Shown: in pieces, positions 26,489-36,100 of the stretch
Layout of the letters: each line of letters opens with the position of its first letter
Position numbering within the stretch: position 1 is the stretch's first letter
Assembly: GCA_964487825.1 (NCBI GenBank)
Contig: CAZASO010000005.1
Coordinates: forward strand, 1 to 36,271
DNA length: 36,271 nucleotides
Direction of reading: 5' to 3'
From: an uncultured Gammaproteobacteria bacterium
Lineage (GTDB): Bacteria > Cyanobacteriota > Vampirovibrionia > LMEP-6097
Translations under genes and position numbers: made by a program
Notes under the pieces: model-generated
Database searches by the model: none
What the model was told of the DNA's origin: nothing
What the model saw: the letters and a program-made list of their open reading frames with translations, nothing else

Positions 26489-27931
26489 TTAGTCTAGTTT
26501 GATCCCCGGACTGATATGTTCTGGGAGAGATAGCTCTGTGCTTTCCATGGATGCTATGGGATAAGAGCAATAATCACTAGCATAATAAGCACTGGGTCTA
26601 TAATTGCCGCTCATGCCGATACCCCCAAAAGGTGCATTAGCAGTAGCTCCTGTGAGTTGATGGTTCCAGTTGATGAGACCTGCTCTAAGTTCGCGCAGAA
26701 TGGTTTGGTATAGATGGGGATTCTCGCTGATGAGACCAGCCGATAGTCCATAAGCAGTGTTGTTGGCTTCAAGGATAGCTTCTTCCATGTTTTTTACTCT
26801 GATGACTTGCAAGAGAGGTCCAAATAGCTCATTGTCACTGCGTTTGGAGCAGTCAGTAACATCTATAATACCCGGGCTCAAAAAAGCAGTGAGGTCTTTA
26901 TGTTCATAGTCACCTAGATAGTTGCGCTCCATAGGTAAGAGAGGACAGGCCCCATCTGCAATAAAATCTGCTTGGGCTTTGAGTAGTTTGACGGCTTGTT
27001 CAGAGTTGATAACAGGACCCATGAAAATATCATCATGATAGTAAGCTCCAATTTTGATGCGGCTTGTAATGCGCATCAGAGCTTCCATGAAACGACGAGA
27101 TTCTTCTCCTTCGATTAGTATTAATCTTCTAGCGCAGGTGCATCTTTGACCACTGGTCAGAAATGCTGACTGGACTGTTAAGTAAGCCGCAGCTTTGTAG
27201 TTATGGATATCATGCACTATGAGAGGGTTGTTGCCACCCATTTCTAGGGCTAGCATTTTATTGGGTTTGCCAGCTAAAGCCCTATGTATGGCTGTGCCAG
27301 TGCTAGAGCTGCCAGTGAATAGATAAGCATCTATTCTATCGTCTTTAGTGAGCAGGGCTCCTGTTTGGGCTCCTCCTTGGATGAGATTCAGTAGCCCTAT
27401 GGGCAAAGCCGCTTGGTGCCAGAGTTTGACTATGGACTCTGAGACCATAGGGCTCAGTTCACTGGATTTGAAGATGACGCTGTTGCCAGCAAGCAGAGCA
27501 GGAATGATATGACCATTAGGTACATGCCCGGGAAAATTATAAGGACCAAAGACTGCCATCACTCCGATAGCTCGATGACGAGTAATAGAAGGACCTTGTA
27601 TTCTCTCGCCACATCTTTCTTTGTAGGCTGCTATAGAGATTTTGAATTTGTTGATCATGGAGCTGACTTCAGCTTCAGACTCCCAGAGTGTTTTGCCGAC
27701 TTCTTTGGAGATGGCGTGAGCAATAAAATGTTTTTCGAGACTTAAGAGTTTAATGAAATTTTCTATATAACTAGCCCTCTCCTCAAAGCTAATCCTAGAC
27801 CAGCTTTGGAAGGCTTCTCTAGCTCTATCTATGCTGAGGCTGATATCAGCTTCAGTGTCAGCCCGACCCTGCCAGATGACTTCGCCACTAGCAGGATTAA
27901 TAGAATGAAACTCAGCTCCGAACTCAATCAT
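26489..27931 (-). CDS. astD: N-succinylglutamate 5-semialdehyde dehydrogenase
   Basis: 480-aa aldehyde dehydrogenase that follows E. coli AstD, as I remember it, along its full length (VFGPYNFPGH.PNGHI.PALLAGN..IFK.SEL.P, LALEMGGNNPLI, QSAF...GQRCTCARRL, APFGGIG.SGN.RPSA.YA.DYC..P.AS). Confidence 0.9.
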   Translation of the reverse strand: MIEFGAEFHSINPASGEVIWQGRADTEADISLSIDRAREAFQSWSRISFEERASYIENFIKLLSLEKHFIAHAISKEVGKTLWESEAEVSSMINKFKISIAAYKERCGERIQGPSITRHRAIGVMAVFGPYNFPGHVPNGHIIPALLAGNSVIFKSSELSPMVSESIVKLWHQAALPIGLLNLIQGGAQTGALLTKDDRIDAYLFTGSSSTGTAIHRALAGKPNKMLALEMGGNNPLIVHDIHNYKAAAYLTVQSAFLTSGQRCTCARRLILIEGEESRRFMEALMRITSRIKIGAYYHDDIFMGPVINSEQAVKLLKAQADFIADGACPLLPMERNYLGDYEHKDLTAFLSPGIIDVTDCSKRSDNELFGPLLQVIRVKNMEEAILEANNTAYGLSAGLISENPHLYQTILRELRAGLINWNHQLTGATANAPFGGIGMSGNYRPSAYYASDYCSYPIASMESTELSLPEHISPGIKLD

Positions 27932-28967
27932 ATATTTGGATAAAGCTCAAATCATCTCCTTGTTTGACTTTGAGACTAGAGGCGGTTTCTTTATCTATGA
28001 TCGCCTCACCTATATCATTGTATTTTAATTTGGCTATAGTCGCTCTAAAATCCTTATGATTTTTGTGATGATTACTAATCAGGCAGAGGTGGGCTCCTAT
28101 GGGTTCTCCTATGGAGCATTTGGCGTTTTTGCTATTGCGTATAGATTTGATATCTGAGCGAGAGCAGGCTATACGGGGACCAGCGTCAAAAATATCTACA
28201 TGTCCGTCTCTTTGGAAGCCCTCAGCTTCAAGAAAAGCCATGGCTTTTTGGCTTTCTATGTGAGGCCGGCCTATAGCATCCCTGACTGCTGGGCTCAGCA
28301 AAGGTATATAAATAGGGTGTTTGGGCATCAGGTCTGCTATAAAACCTTTATCTCCAGCACTGAGATAATCGGCTCTCTCAAAATCCATATCCATAAAATG
28401 TCTCACGGTAGCTTCCCAAAAAGGAGATTGGTTCTTACTATCTATGTGACCTCTGATTTCAGCTATGATTTTGTCCTGAAAATATTCTGGGAAGCTAGCT
28501 ATAAAAAGAAATCTCAGTAAGCTCATATATTTACCGTAGTGTTTAGATCTTTCGAGAGGATCTACAAAAAGAGAACTAATGATGGTAGGACCATTAGTCT
28601 CAACTTTGAGCTGAAGATAGGGGATTTTTTTGTCTATATGTAGAGGTTGGGATTTGTGGTGAGACCAGAGTATCTCATAAGAATAAAAAGGCTGTGAACT
28701 ACCTATCTGAGATCTAATCGCTGAGCAGGCTTTGAGTTGGTTAGCTTCTTCAAGAACGAACATATAAGTGCCATGGCTTTTGAGTTTCCAGCCATCGTTA
28801 TCACTTGGATCATCAAGCTTGGCATCAAAAGACCTAATAGAGTTTTTGATTTTGTCTAATAGTAGCTGGCTGTCAGCAGGTAAGCTGGTCATGCCCGGAC
28901 CTGTCTTGGCGACTAGCTTGCAGAGCTTGTCTAGATCATCTATCCTAACTGGTCTTATAATGAACAT
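27924..28967 (-). CDS. astA: Arginine N-succinyltransferase
   Basis: 347-aa ORF with the AstA N-terminus (IRPV...D...L..L..KTG.G.TSLPA....L...I..S..SF), located in the ast gene context. Confidence 0.9.
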   Translation of the reverse strand: MFIIRPVRIDDLDKLCKLVAKTGPGMTSLPADSQLLLDKIKNSIRSFDAKLDDPSDNDGWKLKSHGTYMFVLEEANQLKACSAIRSQIGSSQPFYSYEILWSHHKSQPLHIDKKIPYLQLKVETNGPTIISSLFVDPLERSKHYGKYMSLLRFLFIASFPEYFQDKIIAEIRGHIDSKNQSPFWEATVRHFMDMDFERADYLSAGDKGFIADLMPKHPIYIPLLSPAVRDAIGRPHIESQKAMAFLEAEGFQRDGHVDIFDAGPRIACSRSDIKSIRNSKNAKCSIGEPIGAHLCLISNHHKNHKDFRATIAKLKYNDIGEAIIDKETASSLKVKQGDDLSFIQIYD

Positions 28968-30129
28968 GATTTAAGCTAAGTTTTTTGAGGAAGTTTAGAG
29001 AGAGTTGTATGCGTTCTTCGATACTATCTACTAAGATAAATTCTTGATCACTGTGTATCTGACCGCCTCTTACTCCTAGAGTATCTATATTTGCTAGTCC
29101 AGAGGCCCAAAGCTTATTGCCATCACAGCAACCACCAGTATCTTGTAGTCTTAGTTCTAAGCCCAGTTCTCTGCCACAATCTTGCATTGATTTGTAAAGA
29201 GCTTCTAATCTAGAATCTGGAATTTTGGCAGGGCTAGTGACTGCTCCTTCTAGTTTCATTGCAACTTCTCTGTTCTTGGAGATTTTGAGTATTTCTTCGT
29301 GGATTTTTGTGAGAATAATATCACCGCTAATATTATCCTTGAGGCGTATATTGAAGCGTAGTAGCGCAAAATCAGGAACTACATTGAGGGGACCTTCAGA
29401 GATAATATTTGCAACATTGAGGATAATATTATTATTTTCGGCATTAAGTCCTTCTAAAATCAAAGCTAATTCAGCAAGAGCCATTAGTGCATTGCGCCCA
29501 GACTTAAAGTCTCTACCTACATGAGAAGATTTGCCATGAGCAAGGATAGTAAAATTGCCAGTTCCCATGCGCCTATAAGCTAGAGAGCCATCAGCTAGGC
29601 TAGGTTCATAGACGAGAGCCAGATCATGCTCTTTGGCAAGCCTAGCAAGTATCGGAGCTGAGCCCGGTGAACCAAGTTCTTCGTCTGGATTGATAAATAC
29701 AGTCCAAGCTAAGTTACTGGCTTCCGGACTGGCTTCAAAACGCCTCAGAGCTTCTATCATCACGACTAGACCACCTTTGAGGTCGGCTACACCGGGACCC
29801 CTAATGCTTTTGGAGTCTAGTGTTTCGCAGCGCTGAAAACTATGATCTGGAGGATAGACGGTATCCATATGCCCGCCCAAAAGAACTCTGAGTTGAGCTT
29901 GGGGATTGCTTTTGCGTACGATTAACATGCGCCCCAAGGGGCGTTTTTCTAATTCACCTTGTCTGTTGATGTAGTTTTGTGCGGCGAGATCAAGCTCTTG
30001 GATTTCTAGATTGGCAAAAGATTCAAACTCAGTTTTGATGAGGTTTAGCATTTTAGCTAGACCACTTAAGTTATAAGAGTAGGAATTAATATTGGCCCAG
30101 TCTATGATTTTAGCTACTAAATCGCTCAC
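28945..30129 (-). CDS. M20-family metallohydrolase (carboxypeptidase G2 / ArgE / DapE-like), first gene of the ast cluster
   Basis: 394-aa ORF with a GTG start. The M20 metal and catalytic motifs are intact (GGHMDTV, GPGVADLKGG, NPDEELGSPGS, YEPS, GGQIHSDQE). It overlaps the astA start by 23 nt. Confidence 0.85.
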   Translation of the reverse strand: MSDLVAKIIDWANINSYSYNLSGLAKMLNLIKTEFESFANLEIQELDLAAQNYINRQGELEKRPLGRMLIVRKSNPQAQLRVLLGGHMDTVYPPDHSFQRCETLDSKSIRGPGVADLKGGLVVMIEALRRFEASPEASNLAWTVFINPDEELGSPGSAPILARLAKEHDLALVYEPSLADGSLAYRRMGTGNFTILAHGKSSHVGRDFKSGRNALMALAELALILEGLNAENNNIILNVANIISEGPLNVVPDFALLRFNIRLKDNISGDIILTKIHEEILKISKNREVAMKLEGAVTSPAKIPDSRLEALYKSMQDCGRELGLELRLQDTGGCCDGNKLWASGLANIDTLGVRGGQIHSDQEFILVDSIEERIQLSLNFLKKLSLNHVHYKTS

Positions 30130-30159
30130 TAGTTTAATTGTAGTAGAATAAACTCCTTA

Positions 30160-30612
30160 ATGCCCAAAAGCAAGAAAGCCCCCAAGCAAGTTTTAGGTCG
30201 CAGAGAAAAAGTGGACTTACCTGAGTTAGGTATTACAGAGGTAGATGCCAAGATCGATACAGGTGCCTATACAGCCGCTTTGCATTGCCATGACATCAAA
30301 ATCATCACTCGCAAAGGCGCTCAATTATTACAGTTTAGGCTTTTAGACCCCTCTCATCCTAGTTATGAACGCAAACTCTATAAAGTTGGAGACTTTAAAT
30401 CTAAATTAGTCAAAAGCTCAAATGGTAAATCTGAACAGAGGTTCGTCATCAAATCTACCCTCAGGCTTTTAGGCAAGGATTATCCCTTAGAGTTTTCTTT
30501 AGCAGACAGAACTAATATGCGCTATCCAGTTTTATTAGGGCGGCGTTTCCTTAAGAATAAGTTCCTAGTAGATGTATCCAAAACTAACCTTGCTAATGAT
30601 GGTGGGCGTTGA
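30160..30612 (+). CDS. Retropepsin-like aspartic protease (the family annotated 'ATP-dependent zinc protease', RimK-associated, DUF785)
   Basis: 150-aa ORF with the D-T-G signature (AKIDTGAYTAALH) and the C-terminal RYPVLLGRRFL motif typical of this family. No rimK is in the window. Confidence 0.7.
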   Translation: MPKSKKAPKQVLGRREKVDLPELGITEVDAKIDTGAYTAALHCHDIKIITRKGAQLLQFRLLDPSHPSYERKLYKVGDFKSKLVKSSNGKSEQRFVIKSTLRLLGKDYPLEFSLADRTNMRYPVLLGRRFLKNKFLVDVSKTNLANDGGR

Positions 30613-30675
30613 AGGACTTGAACCTCCGACCACCTCGGTGTAAACGAGATGCTCTACCAACTGAGCTAAACGCCC
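30600..30675 (-). tRNA. tRNA-Val (anticodon UAC), CCA encoded
   Basis: The reverse complement folds as a cloverleaf. The acceptor stem is GGGCGTT/AACGCCC, the D arm is GCTC-AGTTGGTA-GAGC, and the anticodon arm is TCTCG-TTTACAC-CGAGG. The T arm is GGAGG-TTCAAGT-CCTTC, followed by the discriminator A and CCA. Confidence 0.95.
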
Positions 30676-30687
30676 GACCAAGCTACA

Positions 30688-32964
30688 ATGATAGCAAAAA
30701 TGCCTCTATGTAAAGTAATAATCGCAAATTCTAAACAAAGTTTTGCTTTTAGCAAGGACTTTAATACTTTGAGTTACAGCATTCCGGAAGCATTGCTTTC
30801 TAAATTAAAACCGGGTTCCTTAGTCATGGTTCCTCTGCGTAAAAGTAAAGAAAATGCCCTTGTAATCGAGACCATGGCGGACATACAAGAAGGAACTTTT
30901 AAGCTGAGAGATGTAGAGGAGTTGGTGCTAGAACAGTTCTGTCCACCCGATCTTATAGAACTGATTAAATACACAGCTGATTATTATGCTTGTTCTTACT
31001 CAGATGTTCTGTCTGCGATTTTGCCCGGAAGCTTGATGCCTAGACCTAGTCCGCAAATTAAAATTAATCCGAAATTTAATGCTGATAACTTGAGTTCTGA
31101 GCTGCAAAAACTGTGGACTATCTTATCTAAGGCTAGGGGAGGTCAAATGCGCTATTCTCGCCTGAGACTTTTGAGTAAATTAGATGATCCTCAGTTAAAT
31201 AAATATATCCAAAAATTATCTCAGTTATCGGCGCTGAGTCTCGAGCATAAGCTAATTAAAACTCAATATAAATCTATCCCAAACCCTCTTGCTGAACTAG
31301 GTCTAGAGCCAGAGACTTCTGTCGTGCCAGAGCTTAATGCAGATCAAGCAAGGGTGCTATCTAGCATAAGCTATATTTCTAAAATTGAGTCTAGTCCCAA
31401 ATTTTTGTTGCATGGAGTTACAGGTAGCGGTAAGACAGAAATATATTTAAGATTAATACAAGAGACTTTAGAGCAAGGCAAATCTTCTATAGTCTTGGTT
31501 CCGGAGATTTCTTTGGCTCCTCAGATTATTTCTAGAATCTCCTCAAGAATAGACCCAGACAAGGTTTTGGTCTGGCATAGTGCTCTTAGTAAAAGTGAGA
31601 GGCAATATACTTGGGATAGGATACTGAGCGCTCAGATTAATTCTGAGCCCTTGGTTGTTGTCGGAGCGAGGTCTGCTGTCTTTGCGCCACTAAGTAAATT
31701 AGGCTTGATAGTTTTAGATGAAGAGCATGAAAATAGTTATAAGCAAGATAGCCCTTCTCCCCGTTATCATGCGGGACATCTTGCTGCTAAACGAGCAAAC
31801 CTAGTTGGAGACTGTGTCTTGGTTTATGGTTCTGCGACACCTAGTGTGGAGCTGTATTATAGAGCCATCTCGAAAGACTACCCAGATTATCACTTATTGG
31901 AGCTTCCTAAACGGGTTTTCGCTGCCAGCCTACCCAAAGTAGAGATTATAGATATGCGAGAAGAGTTCATGACTGCTAATCGTAGTGTTTTCTCGCGCAA
32001 GCTAAAACAGGCTCTAGATGCAGCTTTGGAGGCTCAAGAGCAAAGCATTCTTTTTCTTAATCGTAGAGGTGCTGCTTCTCATGTTTTTTGTCGTTCTTGC
32101 GGGCATGTCTACAACTGCCCGAATTGTTCCGCCAAGATCATTTATCATTCGGACTCTCGTTTGATGATTTGCCATCATTGCGCTTACAGAGAAGAGCATC
32201 CTAGTCAATGTGGTAATTGCGGGGCTTCTAGCCTTAAGTTTTTTGGTCTGGGTACTCAGAGGTTAGAAGAAGAAACTCGTAAAAGCTTTCCCCAAGCGCG
32301 AGTGGCAAGATTAGATAGTGATGTTAGTGCTTATTTGGAAGTTCTTCGTAAATTCAAAAATCGAGAAATAGATATATTGATCGGTACTCAAATGATAGCC
32401 AAAGGTTTGGATTTAGCCAATCTAACTACTGTTGGAGTTATAGCCGCAGATACTCATTTTATGCAGTTAGATTACCAAGCAGAAGAGAGAGCTTTTCAGT
32501 TGTTGACTCAAGTCGCTGGTCGTGCTGGCCGGCGAGATAAGCAAGGCTCTGTATATTTTCAGACCTATAACCCAGATAGAGAGCTGCTCTTGGAGGCAGC
32601 CAAGCAAGATTATCAGGCTTTCTATGCTAGGGAAATTTTAGAAAGACAAGAATCAGGATATCCTCCTTATAGTAGTTTACTTAGAGTGATTGCGGTTGCA
32701 GATGCAGAGATAGAGGCGCAAGAAACTTTAGAAGATCTTAAATCCTACCTTGAAGAACATGTCTCAGATCCTAATACTTATCTGCTGGGACCCAGTCCCT
32801 GTGTGCTGTCTAAGCTGAAGACTAAATATCGTTATCATTTGTTGATCAAAAGTAAAGAAAACACAGCGTTGATTATTGTTAGAGAGCTGTGTTTAGCTTT
32901 CAAGCAAAAACTCAAAAACAACATTGTGTTATTAATGGATGTAGATAGTCTTAGTTTGTATTAA
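30688..32964 (+). CDS. priA: Primosomal protein N' (replication restart helicase PriA)
   Basis: 758-aa ORF with Walker A (LLHGVTGSGKTEIY), a DEEH box (VLDEEHE), a Cys-rich zinc region (CRSCGHVYNCPNCSAKIIYH......CHHC......CGNCG), ILIGTQM.AKG and AGRAGR. Confidence 0.95.
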   Translation: MIAKMPLCKVIIANSKQSFAFSKDFNTLSYSIPEALLSKLKPGSLVMVPLRKSKENALVIETMADIQEGTFKLRDVEELVLEQFCPPDLIELIKYTADYYACSYSDVLSAILPGSLMPRPSPQIKINPKFNADNLSSELQKLWTILSKARGGQMRYSRLRLLSKLDDPQLNKYIQKLSQLSALSLEHKLIKTQYKSIPNPLAELGLEPETSVVPELNADQARVLSSISYISKIESSPKFLLHGVTGSGKTEIYLRLIQETLEQGKSSIVLVPEISLAPQIISRISSRIDPDKVLVWHSALSKSERQYTWDRILSAQINSEPLVVVGARSAVFAPLSKLGLIVLDEEHENSYKQDSPSPRYHAGHLAAKRANLVGDCVLVYGSATPSVELYYRAISKDYPDYHLLELPKRVFAASLPKVEIIDMREEFMTANRSVFSRKLKQALDAALEAQEQSILFLNRRGAASHVFCRSCGHVYNCPNCSAKIIYHSDSRLMICHHCAYREEHPSQCGNCGASSLKFFGLGTQRLEEETRKSFPQARVARLDSDVSAYLEVLRKFKNREIDILIGTQMIAKGLDLANLTTVGVIAADTHFMQLDYQAEERAFQLLTQVAGRAGRRDKQGSVYFQTYNPDRELLLEAAKQDYQAFYAREILERQESGYPPYSSLLRVIAVADAEIEAQETLEDLKSYLEEHVSDPNTYLLGPSPCVLSKLKTKYRYHLLIKSKENTALIIVRELCLAFKQKLKNNIVLLMDVDSLSLY

Positions 32965-33023
32965 GCTTAGAACCCAGTTTATTTTTGATAAGCCATAGAG
33001 TAGCGACTATCACTAGGATTAAG

Positions 33024-33851
33024 CTAATAATTTGTAAGGGTTTTAACTTGTTCATTTATTTTCTCCACCAGTTGCTGATCTATTTGTATAGAACTTAGAC
33101 CTTGTTCTTCTATCATTTGCTTTAGACCTTCATCTTGGGCAAAAACTTTTAATTCATCTACAGCTTGCTGTACTTTAAGTTCAGAGAGTCTACGAGCCAG
33201 TTCTATGATGGCATTATATTTCTGAAACTTATCAGTGTTATAAAATTGTTGAGAATAAATCATATCCAAAATATTTTCAGGCAAAGCGCAGGCTCTTAAA
33301 GCGATATAAGCAAGTTCTAAATTGTTTACTCCGAAATGTTCTTTTTCTTTGATGAGGCGTTCTTGATAATCTTGGATAGATTGAAATTGTTTGTATTCAT
33401 CTTCGTAAAAAGTTCTGAAAACCAGTACACCAAAGCTATTGAGCAATCCAGCTATATAAATATCATCAGTGATGTTTCTCTCTAGATCGATTTGTTTTGC
33501 AAAATATTGAGAGCTAATAGCTAAGAAAATGCTTTGATGCCAGAGGTCTTTGTCACTGAACATAGCTTTAGCAGCAGCAGTGAAAGTGACATTCTTGAGT
33601 TCATTCAAGCCTATAACATCTATGGCCCTGTCCAAAGTGCTAACAGCAGATCTAGCTCCTCTGATGGCTACAGAATTAGCGTATTTAAAAATTTGAGCGT
33701 AAAGAACTTCATCTAAAGAAACTAATTTGCGAACATCTTCTCTGGTGCAGCGAGGGTTGTCTATAAGTTTAATAAGATCTATTGCGATCTTAGAGAGGCT
33801 GGGCATTTCTTCTATGCGAGCGCTGATATTCTCAAGAGTGAATTTAGGCAT
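33024..33851 (-). CDS. HDOD domain-containing signalling protein
   Basis: 275-aa ORF with the HDOD pattern (MPSLSKIAIDLIKLIDNP......V.KLVSLDEVLYAQIFKYANSV.......STLDRAIDVIGLNELKN). The HD-like residues are degenerate. Confidence 0.75.
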   Translation of the reverse strand: MPKFTLENISARIEEMPSLSKIAIDLIKLIDNPRCTREDVRKLVSLDEVLYAQIFKYANSVAIRGARSAVSTLDRAIDVIGLNELKNVTFTAAAKAMFSDKDLWHQSIFLAISSQYFAKQIDLERNITDDIYIAGLLNSFGVLVFRTFYEDEYKQFQSIQDYQERLIKEKEHFGVNNLELAYIALRACALPENILDMIYSQQFYNTDKFQKYNAIIELARRLSELKVQQAVDELKVFAQDEGLKQMIEEQGLSSIQIDQQLVEKINEQVKTLTNY

Positions 33852-33890
33852 AGCAGTTATATTATTCCCATCTAAGGATTTTGCTTTCTA

Positions 33891-33955
33891 TAAGGATGCG
33901 CTGAAAAACGCTGTTTTATAGCGGGTTTTTAAGAGACTTGTTGCGGATGTCGAGC
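33891..33955. repeat. Further copy (mosaic) of the repeat family seen at 7775-7966
   Basis: 33891-33910 (TAAGGATGCGCTGAAAAACG) is an exact 20/20 match to the reverse complement of 7946-7965. It is followed by AGCGGGT..TTAAG (compare 7900-7913) and GGATGTCG (compare 7792-7799 and 7928-7935). Confidence 0.8.
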
Positions 33956-33974
33956 ACGGCGTATAAAGCTAATT

Positions 33975-34796
33975 TTATATTTTTACGGAGATAATCGCTA
34001 TATTATTTTGATTAGCTCGTGTGATAGCTTCTTTTTGATTGAGGAACATTGTTTCAGAAGCTTCTATCGCAAGTATGTCTCCTTTGCCCATAGATCTGAG
34101 GGTTTGAAGACCTACAGTCGGAACATCGAACCTCGGATCTTGATTGGGTTTGCTGCTTTTGCAAACTATAACACGAGGATTAGGGCTCCATCTAACTAAG
34201 GCTCTAGCTCTCTTAATACAAGCATTAGTACCCTCTATAGACTCAACTGCTAGGACACTTTTATTTTGGATGACAGCAGTTTGGCCTATATCCAAAGATC
34301 CCAAAGTTTTGGCAATAGAAAGCCCGTAGCGTATCTCTGACAATTCTTCTGCGCTGATTTGACGCTTAGTGAAATTTTGAGCTGGTGGAAAATATTTGCG
34401 CAGATAATGAGTCTGGTCTGCAATGCGCAAGCCATGTTCTTTCTCTATAAAATCCAGAAGAGCATAATGCAAAGTATCATCATGTAAATCAGGCAAAGAA
34501 TGGAGTTTCTGCATCAAGCTGGAATCCAGTCTGTGTAAGGATTTGAAGAATTCAAGTTTGGGGACTTTGCCTATGAAAACCAATTCTTGGATAGATTTTC
34601 TTTGGAGCAGGTTAAGTATAGAGTAAACCTCTACGGGTGCATAACGATAGATTTCTATCTTGAGTGTTTCTAGTCTGCGTTCAGCTTCTCTGCTAAGAGC
34701 TATGGCTAGTACTGGGCGTGACTCTTCTAGAGCTGAGCTAGCTAATAGATAGGGTAGCTCACCATTGCCCGCAATAATAGCAAGAGTGTCTTTCAT
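33975..34796 (-). CDS. lpxI: UDP-2,3-diacylglucosamine diphosphatase LpxI (DUF1009)
   Basis: 273-aa ORF with LpxI-type blocks (LAIIAGNGELP, FIGKVPK, DIGQTAV......LAVE.IEGT..CI.RA, K.SKPNQD.RFD.PT.G..T). It overlaps the deoB stop by 4 nt. Confidence 0.8.
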   Translation of the reverse strand: MKDTLAIIAGNGELPYLLASSALEESRPVLAIALSREAERRLETLKIEIYRYAPVEVYSILNLLQRKSIQELVFIGKVPKLEFFKSLHRLDSSLMQKLHSLPDLHDDTLHYALLDFIEKEHGLRIADQTHYLRKYFPPAQNFTKRQISAEELSEIRYGLSIAKTLGSLDIGQTAVIQNKSVLAVESIEGTNACIKRARALVRWSPNPRVIVCKSSKPNQDPRFDVPTVGLQTLRSMGKGDILAIEASETMFLNQKEAITRANQNNIAIISVKI

Positions 34797-36064
34797 GCTG
34801 CTAACATAGACCTCCCTTGGATAGAGAGTTCTGGCTCTTGGATTCCAAAGTGATCTAAGATAGTAGCGCCAAGATCTGCAAAAGAAGACCTAGTACCAAG
34901 ATCTCTAGCAACTAAAGAAGGAGAGTACATAAGTATAGGAACATATTCTCTAGTATGATCTGTTCCAGCAGCACAAGGATCACAACCATGATCTGCTGTA
35001 ATGAAGAAGATGTCGTCTCGTCCTAGAGTTCCGAGAATCTCAGGAATAGCTCTATCAATGGCTTCTAGGGCTCTAGCGTAACCCAGGGGATCTCTCCTGT
35101 GTCCGAAATTAGCATCAGTCTCAACTAAATTTAAAAACACTAATTGTTCTTGAGCGTTATAGTGATGGGTTTCTGAATTTGTGCGTTTGAGAACTTTTAG
35201 AAATTCTGATAAGCCATGAGCGTTATTGTCGGTATGTATGTTATGGCTTATGCCAACAGTAGCAAAGATATCACTGATTTTACCCAAGCCTATAACAGCA
35301 ATACCGTGCTCAATAGCAGTCTGCATCACAGTTTTAGAGTGAGGTGTTACAGCATAGTCATGCCGAAGCTCATTAGCGCGAATATATTTTTGTTCAGAAG
35401 AATGTAGCTTAATGGTAGTTATGGAAGCTACAGAATCTGGGACTTTTGGGTTGCGGCGATAGGGTCTTGCAATAATACGAGCAATCTCTCTATCTCCTCT
35501 CATAATCTCTCTAGCTATTTGGCACCATTGGTATAAAGTTTCTACAGGCACTCTATCTATATCTGCAGCTATCTGAAGAACAGAGTCAGCACTAGTGTAG
35601 ATGATAGGCCACGCTGTGCGACTATGTTCGTCACCATATTCATTGATGACTTCTGTTCCACTAGCTGCCTTGTTGGCATAGACCCCCTCAAGCCCAGTCC
35701 TAGAGAGGAACTCACGAATAATGTCATCTGGGAAGCCATTTGGATAATAAGGAAAAGCATTACGAGTACGAACAGACATCATCTCCCAGTGTCCAGTGAT
35801 AGTATCTTTGGCGGCATTAAGTTCTGCCATGCGACCGTAACTGGCTTTGGTTCTAGCTAGAGGGGCGAGTCCTTGTAGAGGGGTTATATTTGCGATACCT
35901 AAACTTTGTAAATTTACTAAATCTATAGCACCAAGATTATCAGCAGCCCAAGCACAAACACTCGCAAGAGTATTAGATGGAGCGACTTCATCATAGTCAG
36001 CCCAGTCAGGCATAGAACCTATACCGCAGGCATCTATAATCATGATAATCGCGCGTTTTGGCAT
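34793..36064 (-). CDS. deoB: Phosphopentomutase
   Basis: 423-aa ORF with DeoB/alkaline-phosphatase-superfamily motifs (IIMIIDACGIG, TGHWEMM, LVETD..GHRRD, ITADHGCDP....DHTREYVP). Confidence 0.9.
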   Translation of the reverse strand: MPKRAIIMIIDACGIGSMPDWADYDEVAPSNTLASVCAWAADNLGAIDLVNLQSLGIANITPLQGLAPLARTKASYGRMAELNAAKDTITGHWEMMSVRTRNAFPYYPNGFPDDIIREFLSRTGLEGVYANKAASGTEVINEYGDEHSRTAWPIIYTSADSVLQIAADIDRVPVETLYQWCQIAREIMRGDREIARIIARPYRRNPKVPDSVASITTIKLHSSEQKYIRANELRHDYAVTPHSKTVMQTAIEHGIAVIGLGKISDIFATVGISHNIHTDNNAHGLSEFLKVLKRTNSETHHYNAQEQLVFLNLVETDANFGHRRDPLGYARALEAIDRAIPEILGTLGRDDIFFITADHGCDPCAAGTDHTREYVPILMYSPSLVARDLGTRSSFADLGATILDHFGIQEPELSIQGRSMLAA

Positions 36065-36100
36065 TAATTAACAATTATATCCCTAGACTTTGAAGCTGCT

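Noticed and set aside
745-35860. About 50 short ORFs (60-135 aa) in the supplied track lie inside, and mostly antisense to, long conserved genes. Examples are 1094-1309, 2186-2407, 3735-3950, 5587-5988, 10846-11517, 14166-14953, 21694-22029, 29225-29836 and 35216-35860.
   Set aside because: Each is fully contained in a CDS with strong family-level motifs. Their translations are low-complexity or Ser/Leu/Arg-rich, as expected of shadow frames. None has a recognisable motif or its own intergenic space.
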